Counted from the first letter of the stretch, positions 1 to 7,613 are shown. The stretch is DNA of 41,854 bases from a virus (IMGVR_UViG_3300006127_000030:1-41854); one strand, 5' to 3'. Translations and numbers: made by a program. The notes: generated by a model not told the origin, from the letters alone.

Positions 1-1002
1 CACAATGTTCAAATTATATCTGGCCCTACGGATATTCCTAATGCCACTACTCCTGGTGCTTTCCTTAATTTTGGTGGTACCAATATATATAAGTCAGCTC
101 AAGTGGAGCAGATGGGTCGTTTATTTTGTGCCGGAGCAGTTAAGCCAGGCGATCATTTTTTGTTTACTGATGCTTGGCATCCTGGTATCATAAACTTAAA
201 GTACATGAGTGAACTACTGAACATTCCAGTAGTCACGCATGGCTTATGGCACGCCGGTAGTTATGATCCTCAAGACTTCCTTGGACGCTTAGTCGGAGAT
301 AAACCTTGGGTCCGTCACGCTGAGAAAAGTTATTTTCACGCATTTGATCATAACTACTTTGCTACAGACTTTCATATTGAAATGTTTTTTACTAACTTGC
401 TTAACAATGGTATTCAATCCAGCACTCCTGTGCCAGAACGTGCCGATGTTAAACAATGGCTAGACGATAAAAAAATAGGTCGCACAGGTTGGCCTATGGA
501 GTATATGGAAGATACATTAACAATGTATAAGAATATGCCCAAGCGTGACTTAATTCTTTTCCCACATCGTGTAGCACCCGAGAAACAAGTGGAAATATTT
601 AGAGACTTGGCTACGCACTTGCCGCAGTATGAATTTATAGTGTGTCAAGATCAACAACTAACAAAAAATGAATATCATAATTTGTTAGGTGAATCAAAAA
701 TGGTGTTTAGTGCAAACTTGCAGGAGACACTTGGTATTAGTTGGTATGAAGGTGCTATTGTAGATGCAATTCCTTTAGTTCCAGATCGATTAAGCTACGG
801 CGAAATGGCTTACGAAACATTTAAGTATCCAAGCGAATGGACTGAATCATTTGATGCATATCAAGCACACCGTCCATTGCTATGTGATAAGATTATTCAG
901 TACATGAATAATTATGAAAAGTTTTTGCCAACACTTCGTAAACAAACTCAAGACTTAACAGAAAGATTTTTCTCATGTCAAAATTTACTGAAAAATTTTT
1001 AA
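1..1002 (+). CDS. GT-B fold (GT4-like) glycosyltransferase, 5'-truncated; resembles the GTDC1/QTMAN (DUF3524) family
   Basis: Frame 1 is open from base 1 (HNVQIISGPTDIPNATTPGAFLNFGGTN...), so the ORF-track start at 103 is not the true start. The C-terminal domain has ILFPHRVAPEK and an E-x7-E motif (ETLGISWYE), followed by PLVPDRLSYGEM. Confidence 0.75.
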   Translation, partial: HNVQIISGPTDIPNATTPGAFLNFGGTNIYKSAQVEQMGRLFCAGAVKPGDHFLFTDAWHPGIINLKYMSELLNIPVVTHGLWHAGSYDPQDFLGRLVGDKPWVRHAEKSYFHAFDHNYFATDFHIEMFFTNLLNNGIQSSTPVPERADVKQWLDDKKIGRTGWPMEYMEDTLTMYKNMPKRDLILFPHRVAPEKQVEIFRDLATHLPQYEFIVCQDQQLTKNEYHNLLGESKMVFSANLQETLGISWYEGAIVDAIPLVPDRLSYGEMAYETFKYPSEWTESFDAYQAHRPLLCDKIIQYMNNYEKFLPTLRKQTQDLTERFFSCQNLLKNF

Positions 1003-1451
1003 ATTTTTTAGATCGTCATGGCCGTAAACGTATTATTATGGACCGCCAAGATCAAGATCCATATCTAGAAAGATATTATGTTCTATTTAAAGAACGTATT
1101 ACATTTCCATACAATGTATTCTTACACAAGTTCTTAAAATCAGATCCAGACGATGTACATGATCATCCTTGGAATTATTTTACCATTATTTTAAAAGGTG
1201 GTTATTATGAATGGATCGCTCAATTTGATGACCAAGGTAAAAAGACTTCTGAAGTAAGAGTATGGCGTGGCGCTGGATCATTCCGTCGTGGTAACACACA
1301 TACTTTCCATCGCATTGAACTAAAAGAAGGTGTTACTCCTTGGACACTATTTTTTGTTGGTCCCAAAAAACGTGAATGGGGATTCCTTGTCAACAACAAG
1401 TGGATTCACTACGAACAATATCTTAATGAACAGTCGCAGAAAATTTCGTAA
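975..1451 (+). CDS. Cupin-fold metalloprotein, function unknown
   Basis: Cupin-like metal ligands: HDHPW...ILKGGYYE and TFHRIEL, followed by WTLFFVGP. Overlaps the GT stop by 28 nt. Confidence 0.7.
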   Translation: MSKFTEKFLNFLDRHGRKRIIMDRQDQDPYLERYYVLFKERITFPYNVFLHKFLKSDPDDVHDHPWNYFTIILKGGYYEWIAQFDDQGKKTSEVRVWRGAGSFRRGNTHTFHRIELKEGVTPWTLFFVGPKKREWGFLVNNKWIHYEQYLNEQSQKIS

Positions 1452-2406
1452 TTTTCTGATCTGACTTACTAACACAGGCCTGCATAGTACAAACTTGCGG
1501 GCCTGTTGGTGGAAGCCATCCATCATTCCAAATATTTCCTAATGGCTGGTTGCCGCAATCGCTACCACTTACCCATCCTTGATGTGTAATAATTAATTTT
1601 TCAATTCCAACATTACACAATTGACCAGTATACACAGGATTGGTATTAATCTTTTCTTGATGTCTTTCAATCCAAGTAGTTGTTTGTTCCTTTATTTGTT
1701 CCTTCACTAATGGGGGTGGAGGGGGAGGTGGTGGAGGGGGAGGTGGTGGAGGAACTACCACAATTGGTTTAACAATTGGTACTGGAGGGGCAGGTGGCTT
1801 AGGTGGGGGCGGTTTAGGCGGAGTCATACCTGACATCAAATATAGTTGATCTCTAGTGTAATTAAACATGCCAGCGCCACGATCAGCATAATTGTATAAG
1901 GAAGATCTATTAACTTTTATGTTGTGATTAGTTTCAATTTCTTTAGCTCGTGCCATATCTTCTTCAAACCCGTCTGGTCTAATAGGCACAGTTACACTAA
2001 ATTTTTTATTTTTATTTTGAAATGTATCAATAATATATTTCATTAAATTAGGATTTTGCCAATAATGATAAGTTAGAATTAAATTATCAACATATGGCTC
2101 AATCGCCCACCAGTCCATCCAAAGTTTACCACCATTAGTGTTTAATGTTAGACTTGTACCATTGGTTCTACACAATTTTAATAATACAACAATATCATCC
2201 ATATCCAAAGGCTCGCCGCCATTGAATGTCCAATTTATTTGTCTGCCCATTGTAGTGTATGCATCAATTAATAAATTGGCTACTCGGACATAATCTTTAG
2301 TTTCATGTGGCTCAGGTCCTCCCCGTAACCTTGTGGGACAATAACTACATTCTGATTTACAATAGTCGTTAAGATCCCAATGTATATCGGTTATTAAATT
2401 ATTCAT
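1423..2406 (-). CDS. Radical SAM enzyme with a Cys-rich C-terminal (SPASM/twitch-like) domain and a proline-rich insert
   Basis: CKSECSYC (CxxxCxxC), FNGGEP and LNTNG motifs; C-terminal CNVG...SDC...LGNI...CTMQAC. Confidence 0.85.
   Translation of the reverse strand: MNNLITDIHWDLNDYCKSECSYCPTRLRGGPEPHETKDYVRVANLLIDAYTTMGRQINWTFNGGEPLDMDDIVVLLKLCRTNGTSLTLNTNGGKLWMDWWAIEPYVDNLILTYHYWQNPNLMKYIIDTFQNKNKKFSVTVPIRPDGFEEDMARAKEIETNHNIKVNRSSLYNYADRGAGMFNYTRDQLYLMSGMTPPKPPPPKPPAPPVPIVKPIVVVPPPPPPPPPPPPPPLVKEQIKEQTTTWIERHQEKINTNPVYTGQLCNVGIEKLIITHQGWVSGSDCGNQPLGNIWNDGWLPPTGPQVCTMQACVSKSDQKITKFSATVH
1474..1506 (+). terminator. Terminator/pause-like hairpin downstream of the cupin gene, inside the antisense radical SAM CDS
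   Basis: ACAGGCCTGCA (1474-1484) pairs with TGCGGGCCTGT (1496-1506): 11 bp with one U-G pair that forms only in plus-strand RNA. The U tract is weak. Confidence 0.45.
1711..1752. repeat. G-rich tandem repeat encoding 14 consecutive prolines
   Basis: GGTGGAGGGGGAGGT at 1715-1729 and 1730-1744, plus a partial copy at 1745-1752. Minus-strand codons 1752-1711 are all Pro. Confidence 0.9.
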
Positions 2407-2412
2407 ATGGTG

Positions 2413-2441
2413 TTGACAAACCTAAATATAAGTATTATACT
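2413..2441 (+). promoter_or_regulatory. Sigma70-type early promoter for the MazG-like/QueE operon
   Basis: TTGACA (2413-2418), 17-nt spacer, TATACT (2436-2441), in the divergent intergenic gap. Confidence 0.85.
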
Positions 2442-2468
2442 AATAACAGTATTTAATCTAGGATTAAG

Positions 2469-2747
2469 ATGGACGCAAAAACAAAAGAAGTAATGGATAT
2501 TTTGCAAGAAGAATGTGCAGAAGTAATCCAAGCAGTAAGTAAAATTAGCCGGTTTGGTATTGATAACTTTAAACCAGGTAAACCAAAAACAAACAGAGAG
2601 CACCTTGAAGAAGAATTAGGCGACATGTTAGCAATGATCGATATCTTAAAAGAAATGGGTGTAGTGTCAGGGGCTTGTTTAGAAGCCGCAAAATATGCTA
2701 AAATAGAAAAACTAAAGAAATGGTCAAACATATATGAGCAAAATTAA
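2469..2747 (+). CDS. MazG-like nucleoside triphosphate pyrophosphohydrolase
   Basis: All-alpha NTP-PPase acidic motifs LQEECAEVIQA and LEEELGDML; 92 aa. Confidence 0.8.
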   Translation: MDAKTKEVMDILQEECAEVIQAVSKISRFGIDNFKPGKPKTNREHLEEELGDMLAMIDILKEMGVVSGACLEAAKYAKIEKLKKWSNIYEQN

Positions 2748-3591
2748 GGTCGCAGAGTTATTTTATAGCGTACAAGGAGAAGGTCGCTATATGGGCGTGC
2801 CGTCAGTGTTCTTAAGAACTTTCGGCTGTAATTTCCGCTGTGCAGGATTTGGTATGCCACGTGGCAAACTAAGCACAGAAGCAGAAGACATCGCTACTGT
2901 GGCTCACATGTTTACAAAATATGAAGAGTTGCCGCTAGTGTCAACTGGTTGTGATAGTTACGCTAGTTGGCATCCTGACTTTAAAGATCTGAGCCCTATG
3001 TTAACGTCAGATGCCATCGCCGAACGTATTATGGGAATTATTCCACACGGTGAATGGAGAGATGAACATCTTGTTATTACAGGCGGAGAACCGTTGTTAG
3101 GTTGGCAACGTGCTTATCCAGACTTGTTAAATCATCCTAAGATGCAAAATCTTAAAGAAATTACTTTTGAGACCAACGGTACTCAACAATTAACCGACGA
3201 GTTTAAACAATATCTACATACATGGAAATATCATAGCGATAAAGATTTTTGGAGAGAAATTACTTTTAGTGTAAGTGCTAAACTTCCAGCAAGCGGCGAA
3301 TCATGGGCAGATGCTATCAAGCCCGAAGTAGTTTGTAAATATGAAGAATACGGTACAGTATATTTGAAGTTTGTAGTATCAACAGAAGAGGATGTTAAAG
3401 ATGCAGAACGAGCAGTTAACGAATTTAGAGCGGCTGGCTTTACAGGTCACATATACCTTATGCCTGTTGGCGGTGTTGAGTCTGTATATACTCTCAATGC
3501 TAAATCTGTTGCCCTTGCCGCAATGAAGCGCGGGTGGAGATATAGCGATAGACTGCAAGTTCCATTGTTTAAAAATGAGTGGGGTACTTAA
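2734..3591 (+). CDS. queE: 7-carboxy-7-deazaguanine synthase (QueE-like radical SAM enzyme)
   Basis: ELFYSVQGEG, PSVFLRTFGC, CDS, LVITGGEPLL, ETNGT, LKFVV, IYLMP and a C-terminal RLQ...W. The cluster motif is Cx3Cx36C. Confidence 0.8.
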   Translation: MSKIKVAELFYSVQGEGRYMGVPSVFLRTFGCNFRCAGFGMPRGKLSTEAEDIATVAHMFTKYEELPLVSTGCDSYASWHPDFKDLSPMLTSDAIAERIMGIIPHGEWRDEHLVITGGEPLLGWQRAYPDLLNHPKMQNLKEITFETNGTQQLTDEFKQYLHTWKYHSDKDFWREITFSVSAKLPASGESWADAIKPEVVCKYEEYGTVYLKFVVSTEEDVKDAERAVNEFRAAGFTGHIYLMPVGGVESVYTLNAKSVALAAMKRGWRYSDRLQVPLFKNEWGT

Positions 3592-3995
3592 TGAAAAATT
3601 TTGTTAAAAAGATTTTTGGTATTGATAAAATTGAAGAAGAAGCTAAGGCCGCTCAAGAAACTGCCAAAAAATTAGAAGAAAAACTTACTGAAATAACAAA
3701 GACTCCAAAAGAGATTGCTACAGAAAAGAAAGAGCCTTGGGTAGCAGTATTGGATACTCACGTCAATCCAGAAAACATTCGAAATGGATTCTTTGAGCTT
3801 GATTGGAATGAGTATTTTGTGTTACAATTACGTACAGCAGGATACATTGGTGAAACAGATGAAGCAGTTGTTGATGAATGGTTCACCGAGCTTTGCCGTA
3901 ATGTTGGAAGTGAAGAAGGGGTTGATATGAGTCGCCGTGGAAGTGGCTTTATCAATGTTAATAATTTAGGTAATGGTAAAACGGAAGTTAGTTAA
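3591..3995 (+). CDS. Conserved phage hypothetical protein
   Basis: ATG at 3591 overlaps the queE stop (TAATG). Contains NGFFELDWNEYF...GY.GE.DE..VD.WF, which I recall from T4-like phage hypotheticals. Confidence 0.7.
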   Translation: MKNFVKKIFGIDKIEEEAKAAQETAKKLEEKLTEITKTPKEIATEKKEPWVAVLDTHVNPENIRNGFFELDWNEYFVLQLRTAGYIGETDEAVVDEWFTELCRNVGSEEGVDMSRRGSGFINVNNLGNGKTEVS

Positions 3996-4984
3996 TGAAT
4001 AAAACATATATTCTCGTAGACACAGCAAATACATTCTTCCGTGCTCGCCACGTTATTCGTGGTAGTTTAGAAGATAAAGTAGGTATGAGTATTCATACTG
4101 TTTTAGGTAGTGTACGAAAAGCATGGAAAGACTTTAAAGGTGACCATGTAGTTTTCTGTTTAGAAGGTCGCTCGTGGCGCAAAGATCATTATCCTCCATA
4201 TAAACGACAACGTGCTGAAGGTCGTGCGGCAATGAGTCCTAGCGAACAAGAAGAAGAACGTGTATTTTGGGAAACATTTGATCAATTTAAAGATTTTATT
4301 ACTACCAAAACAAATTGCACAGTATTACAGCATCAACAACTTGAAGCAGATGATTTAATTGCAGGCTTTATTCAAGCACATCCAGATGATAACCACGTGA
4401 TTATTTCGACAGATGGGGATTTTGCACAATTGATTGCACCAAACGTCAAACAATATAATGGTGTAATGGAAGTCACTACAACACACGAAGGATATTTTGA
4501 TGCAAAGGGCAAGCGTGTTGTTGATAAGAAAACTAAACAAGAAAAGCCTGCTCCAGATCCCACTTGGTTACTTTTTGAAAAATGTATGCGTGGCGATACT
4601 TCAGACAATATCTTTAGTGCGTATCCCGGCGTTCGTACTAAAGGAACAAAGAATAAAGTTGGCCTACAAGAAGCATTTGCTGATAGAACTTCAAAAGGAT
4701 ATTCTTGGAACAATCTCATGCTCCAAAAGTGGACTGATCACGAAGGTGTCGAGCATCGTGTGTTAGATGATTACATGCGAAATGTATTATTGTGCGACTT
4801 GTCTGCACAACCTGATGATATTAGAAAGTTAATCGACGATACTATCAATACTGCCACAACAGCAGAAAAGAATATTCCGCAGGTTGGTGTTAGATTACTA
4901 AAATTTTGTGCAGAATTTGATATGCAAAAGATTAGTGAACAAGTAACAAGTTATGCAGAGCCATTAAATGCGAGGTATGTATAA
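3995..4984 (+). CDS. rnh: T4 RNase H-like 5'-3' exonuclease / flap endonuclease
   Basis: FEN-family motifs LVDTANTFFR, YKRQR, EADDLIA, ISTDGDFAQL and GDTSDNI; TAATG coupling to the upstream gene. Confidence 0.88.
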   Translation: MNKTYILVDTANTFFRARHVIRGSLEDKVGMSIHTVLGSVRKAWKDFKGDHVVFCLEGRSWRKDHYPPYKRQRAEGRAAMSPSEQEEERVFWETFDQFKDFITTKTNCTVLQHQQLEADDLIAGFIQAHPDDNHVIISTDGDFAQLIAPNVKQYNGVMEVTTTHEGYFDAKGKRVVDKKTKQEKPAPDPTWLLFEKCMRGDTSDNIFSAYPGVRTKGTKNKVGLQEAFADRTSKGYSWNNLMLQKWTDHEGVEHRVLDDYMRNVLLCDLSAQPDDIRKLIDDTINTATTAEKNIPQVGVRLLKFCAEFDMQKISEQVTSYAEPLNARYV

Positions 4985-4985
4985 T

Positions 4986-5468
4986 ATGACAACAAATGCA
5001 AAAGTATTAGTTCCAGAGAAAGAATGGTTAATTAAAAGTGGAGATACCAAGATTGGTTCTATTTCCAAAGTTAAAAAGGGGTACCTGGTTCTAAATAATG
5101 GTAGAGCTATGCCTTTTAAGACATTGGCCGAGGTTAAATCTGCTGTAGGTATTGCATTGTTTGAGGATAGTATCAAGAAAATCAAAAAAGATATGCCTGA
5201 TACTGCTGGATTTAGTATATACGACTATCCATGCAAAACTAAACCATTTGAACCATTATACAATGTTCAAAAGAAATTACCGTTATATACAAAACGTCCT
5301 AAAAGTAAAAGTCAGCATTGTGCAGGACATTATATTATTAAATTTAGTAAGGGGTGGGTTCGAAGTTTTTGCCCTAAATTAATCACTCTTGAAAGATATC
5401 CATATGGCGGTCCTTGGAAAACTGAAGAAGAATCAAGGATTGCACTTAGTAAAGCCAATAAATCATGA
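4986..5468 (+). CDS. Hypothetical basic protein
   Basis: ATG at 4986 with GAGGT at 4972-4976, preferred over the overlapping 4968 start; fills the operon without a gap. Confidence 0.65.
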   Translation: MTTNAKVLVPEKEWLIKSGDTKIGSISKVKKGYLVLNNGRAMPFKTLAEVKSAVGIALFEDSIKKIKKDMPDTAGFSIYDYPCKTKPFEPLYNVQKKLPLYTKRPKSKSQHCAGHYIIKFSKGWVRSFCPKLITLERYPYGGPWKTEEESRIALSKANKS

Positions 5469-5680
5469 CTACATTAAACACATTACCAATTGAAAACTTT
5501 CTAAACCTTACAAGAATTGCTATTAAAAGCAATCAAAAGTCTGTTACCTTATCAATTAAAGATGCAACAGACTTACAGAATAGTCTTTCTTTAGTTATGA
5601 CACGTCTAGCTAGCGGACCTTCTACCAGCGATGAAACGATTGTAATTAAAATGGACGGTGGAAGTTTTAACAGTTTTTAA
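5465..5680 (+). CDS. Small hypothetical protein
   Basis: ATGA overlap with the upstream stop; 71 aa ending KMDGGSF. Confidence 0.65.
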   Translation: MTTLNTLPIENFLNLTRIAIKSNQKSVTLSIKDATDLQNSLSLVMTRLASGPSTSDETIVIKMDGGSFNSF

Positions 5681-5711
5681 TAAATATATACGCACTTATG
5701 GAGCGTATATG
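5680..5711 (+). promoter_or_regulatory. Late-type promoter overlapping an RBS-sequestering hairpin
   Basis: ATAAATA at 5680-5686. ATATACGC (5686-5693) pairs perfectly with GCGTATAT (5703-5710), covering the end of the GGAG SD and the AT of ATG 5709. Confidence 0.7.
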
Positions 5712-6008
5712 AGCAGACCAAAGCCCAATGTATTATTAGAATTAACCAATAAAAAGACTTATAAAACTGAACAAGTTCTAGAAGCCGAGGCCATTTGGGC
5801 AGTTTTTTATAAAGACAAACCTATTAATTTGAAGACTGGTAGTATAGTAGTACAAAAAGTAGGTCCAAAGTATAAAAAAGTATCGTTTTCAAATGCTGGT
5901 CACGCACATAATCTTGCAGAAAAACTTAATAAACAGTTCAATTGTCAAGATTTTTCTGTCTTTAAATTGGTTACTGGTGAGAAGTTAACCAATGAATCAG
6001 AAGATTGA
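5709..6008 (+). CDS. Conserved phage hypothetical protein (MSRPKP...)
   Basis: GGAG at 5700-5703 precedes ATG 5709; in frame with ORF-track 5658..6008. Confidence 0.72.
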   Translation: MSRPKPNVLLELTNKKTYKTEQVLEAEAIWAVFYKDKPINLKTGSIVVQKVGPKYKKVSFSNAGHAHNLAEKLNKQFNCQDFSVFKLVTGEKLTNESED

Positions 6009-6372
6009 AATAACCAAATACATTGCAGAGCAATTTAATTTACCCACGGATGATAAATCCATAAGAAAATTGATATCCTCTTGGTGGTATAACCCACGAA
6101 AAAAAGAAAAAGGCGGATTACGGTTAACGGACGAAGGGTTTGCCAGATTAACCGCACATATCAAAGCACATCAAGTCATGTTTGATGAGCCAGTCGAATA
6201 CACTAGCCAATTAATTATTTGGTTAGACCAGTTTATCAACTGCCCATGGTATGTAACCAAAAAAGAAATCTTTGTTTTCAACGAAAACATGGCAATACAA
6301 TTAGTGTTGTTTTCTGGTAACATCACTAGATTTACTGCGGCAAAAGCTAAAAAACCTAAATTGCCCACTTGA
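5992..6372 (+). CDS. Hypothetical protein
   Basis: 126-aa ORF overlapping the upstream gene by 17 nt; GAG-rich upstream region. Confidence 0.65.
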   Translation: MNQKIEITKYIAEQFNLPTDDKSIRKLISSWWYNPRKKEKGGLRLTDEGFARLTAHIKAHQVMFDEPVEYTSQLIIWLDQFINCPWYVTKKEIFVFNENMAIQLVLFSGNITRFTAAKAKKPKLPT

Positions 6373-6397
6373 CAATCACACAAGACCGCTGTATAAT
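6369..6397 (+). promoter_or_regulatory. Perfect-consensus sigma70 promoter for the MoxR gene
   Basis: TTGACA (6369-6374), 17 nt, TATAAT (6392-6397). Confidence 0.9.
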
Positions 6398-6459
6398 TAA
6401 TACATATTGAAACAGTACAGTACAGTTCAATATTTTTTAAATTCACAGAAAGATTGATC

Positions 6460-7539
6460 ATGGCAGAGCAAATTAGTTCAAATCGTACAGTTACACCTAA
6501 CGAAGCTAAACGTAGCCTAGAAAAGTGTATTAAAATTCAACGTCCCGTGTTTATGTGGGGCCCTCCAGGTATTGGTAAATCCGATATTGTTAAACAAATT
6601 GGTGATAAGAACGATCGTGAAGTTATTGACGTTCGTTTGAGTTTGTGGGAACCTACTGACATTAAAGGTATTCCTTATTACAACTCTACAGCAAATACAA
6701 TGAGCTGGGCACCTCCAGCAGAATTGCCCACTGACCCAGAGTCTACTGCTATCTTGTTCTTGGACGAACTTAACTCTGCGGCTCCTGCTACACAAGCGGC
6801 TGCTTTCCAGTTAGTTTTGAATCGTCGTGTTGGTACTTATGTACTGCCAAAAGGTGTTAGCATTGTTGCCGCAGGTAACCGTGAAACTGACAAAGGTGTT
6901 ACTTACCGTATGCCTGCTCCGTTGGCTAACCGGTTTGTTCACTTGGAACTGAAATCCGATTACGATGACTGGTTGGAATGGGCTGTTAACAACAAGGTCC
7001 ATGAACAAGTTGTTGGTTATGTTGGTTTTGCAAAACAAGACTTGTATGACTTTGATCCTAAGAGCTCAAGCCGTGCGTTTGCTACTCCACGTAGCTGGTC
7101 ATTTGTTAGCGAATTGCTTAAAGACGATGACTTGCCAGAAGGCACATTGACTGATTTGGTTGCTGGTGCAATCGGTGAAGGCCTTGCTGTTAAGTTCATG
7201 GCACACCGCCGTGTTGCTAAACAAATGCCTAAGCCAGAAGATATTTTGAGTGGCAAGGTTAATAAGTGTGATATCAAAGAAATTTCTGCGATGTACTCTT
7301 TGACTGTGTCCATGTGCTATGAGTTGCAAACTGCCGACCAAAAGAAAGCCAAAGATTGGGATTCCCAAGCTGACTGCTTCTTTGGATTTATGATGGACAA
7401 TTTCCCAACAGAATTGGTTGTTATGGGAGCAAAAGTTGCTCTCACATCGTATCAACTGCCGTTTGATGCGTCTAAATTGAAGAACTTTGATCGCTTCCAC
7501 GACAAGTATGGAAAATTTATCATACAGGCTATGGAATAA
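6460..7539 (+). CDS. MoxR-like AAA+ ATPase
   Basis: Walker A GPPGIGKS, Walker B LFLDE, sensor AAGN, arginine finger LANRF and ATPRSW. ATG at 6460 (an in-frame TTG lies at 6454). Confidence 0.9.
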   Translation: MAEQISSNRTVTPNEAKRSLEKCIKIQRPVFMWGPPGIGKSDIVKQIGDKNDREVIDVRLSLWEPTDIKGIPYYNSTANTMSWAPPAELPTDPESTAILFLDELNSAAPATQAAAFQLVLNRRVGTYVLPKGVSIVAAGNRETDKGVTYRMPAPLANRFVHLELKSDYDDWLEWAVNNKVHEQVVGYVGFAKQDLYDFDPKSSSRAFATPRSWSFVSELLKDDDLPEGTLTDLVAGAIGEGLAVKFMAHRRVAKQMPKPEDILSGKVNKCDIKEISAMYSLTVSMCYELQTADQKKAKDWDSQADCFFGFMMDNFPTELVVMGAKVALTSYQLPFDASKLKNFDRFHDKYGKFIIQAME

Positions 7540-7561
7540 AAAGGCCCGAAAGGGCTTTTTT
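7538..7561 (+). terminator. Intrinsic terminator, probably bidirectional
   Basis: AAAAA-G-GCCC-GAAA-GGGC-TTTTTT: GNRA tetraloop with an A tract before and a T tract after, immediately at the MoxR stop. Confidence 0.85.
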
Positions 7562-7562
7562 A

Positions 7563-7591
7563 TTGACATGTTAAATAAATTCATGTATAAT
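7563..7591 (+). promoter_or_regulatory. Perfect-consensus sigma70 promoter for the vWA gene
   Basis: TTGACA (7563-7568), 17 nt, TATAAT (7586-7591); AGGA SD before ATG 7614. Confidence 0.9.
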
Positions 7592-7613
7592 ATACTTTTA
7601 AACAGGAATACAT

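Noticed and set aside
5-193. 62-aa hydrophobic ORF that looks like a membrane protein
   Set aside because: It is an alternate frame of the glycosyltransferase, whose frame is open from base 1.
2840-2949. QueE insertion as an intein or intron
   Set aside because: It is only about 34 extra residues, in frame, and lacks intein terminal residues such as C-terminal His-Asn.
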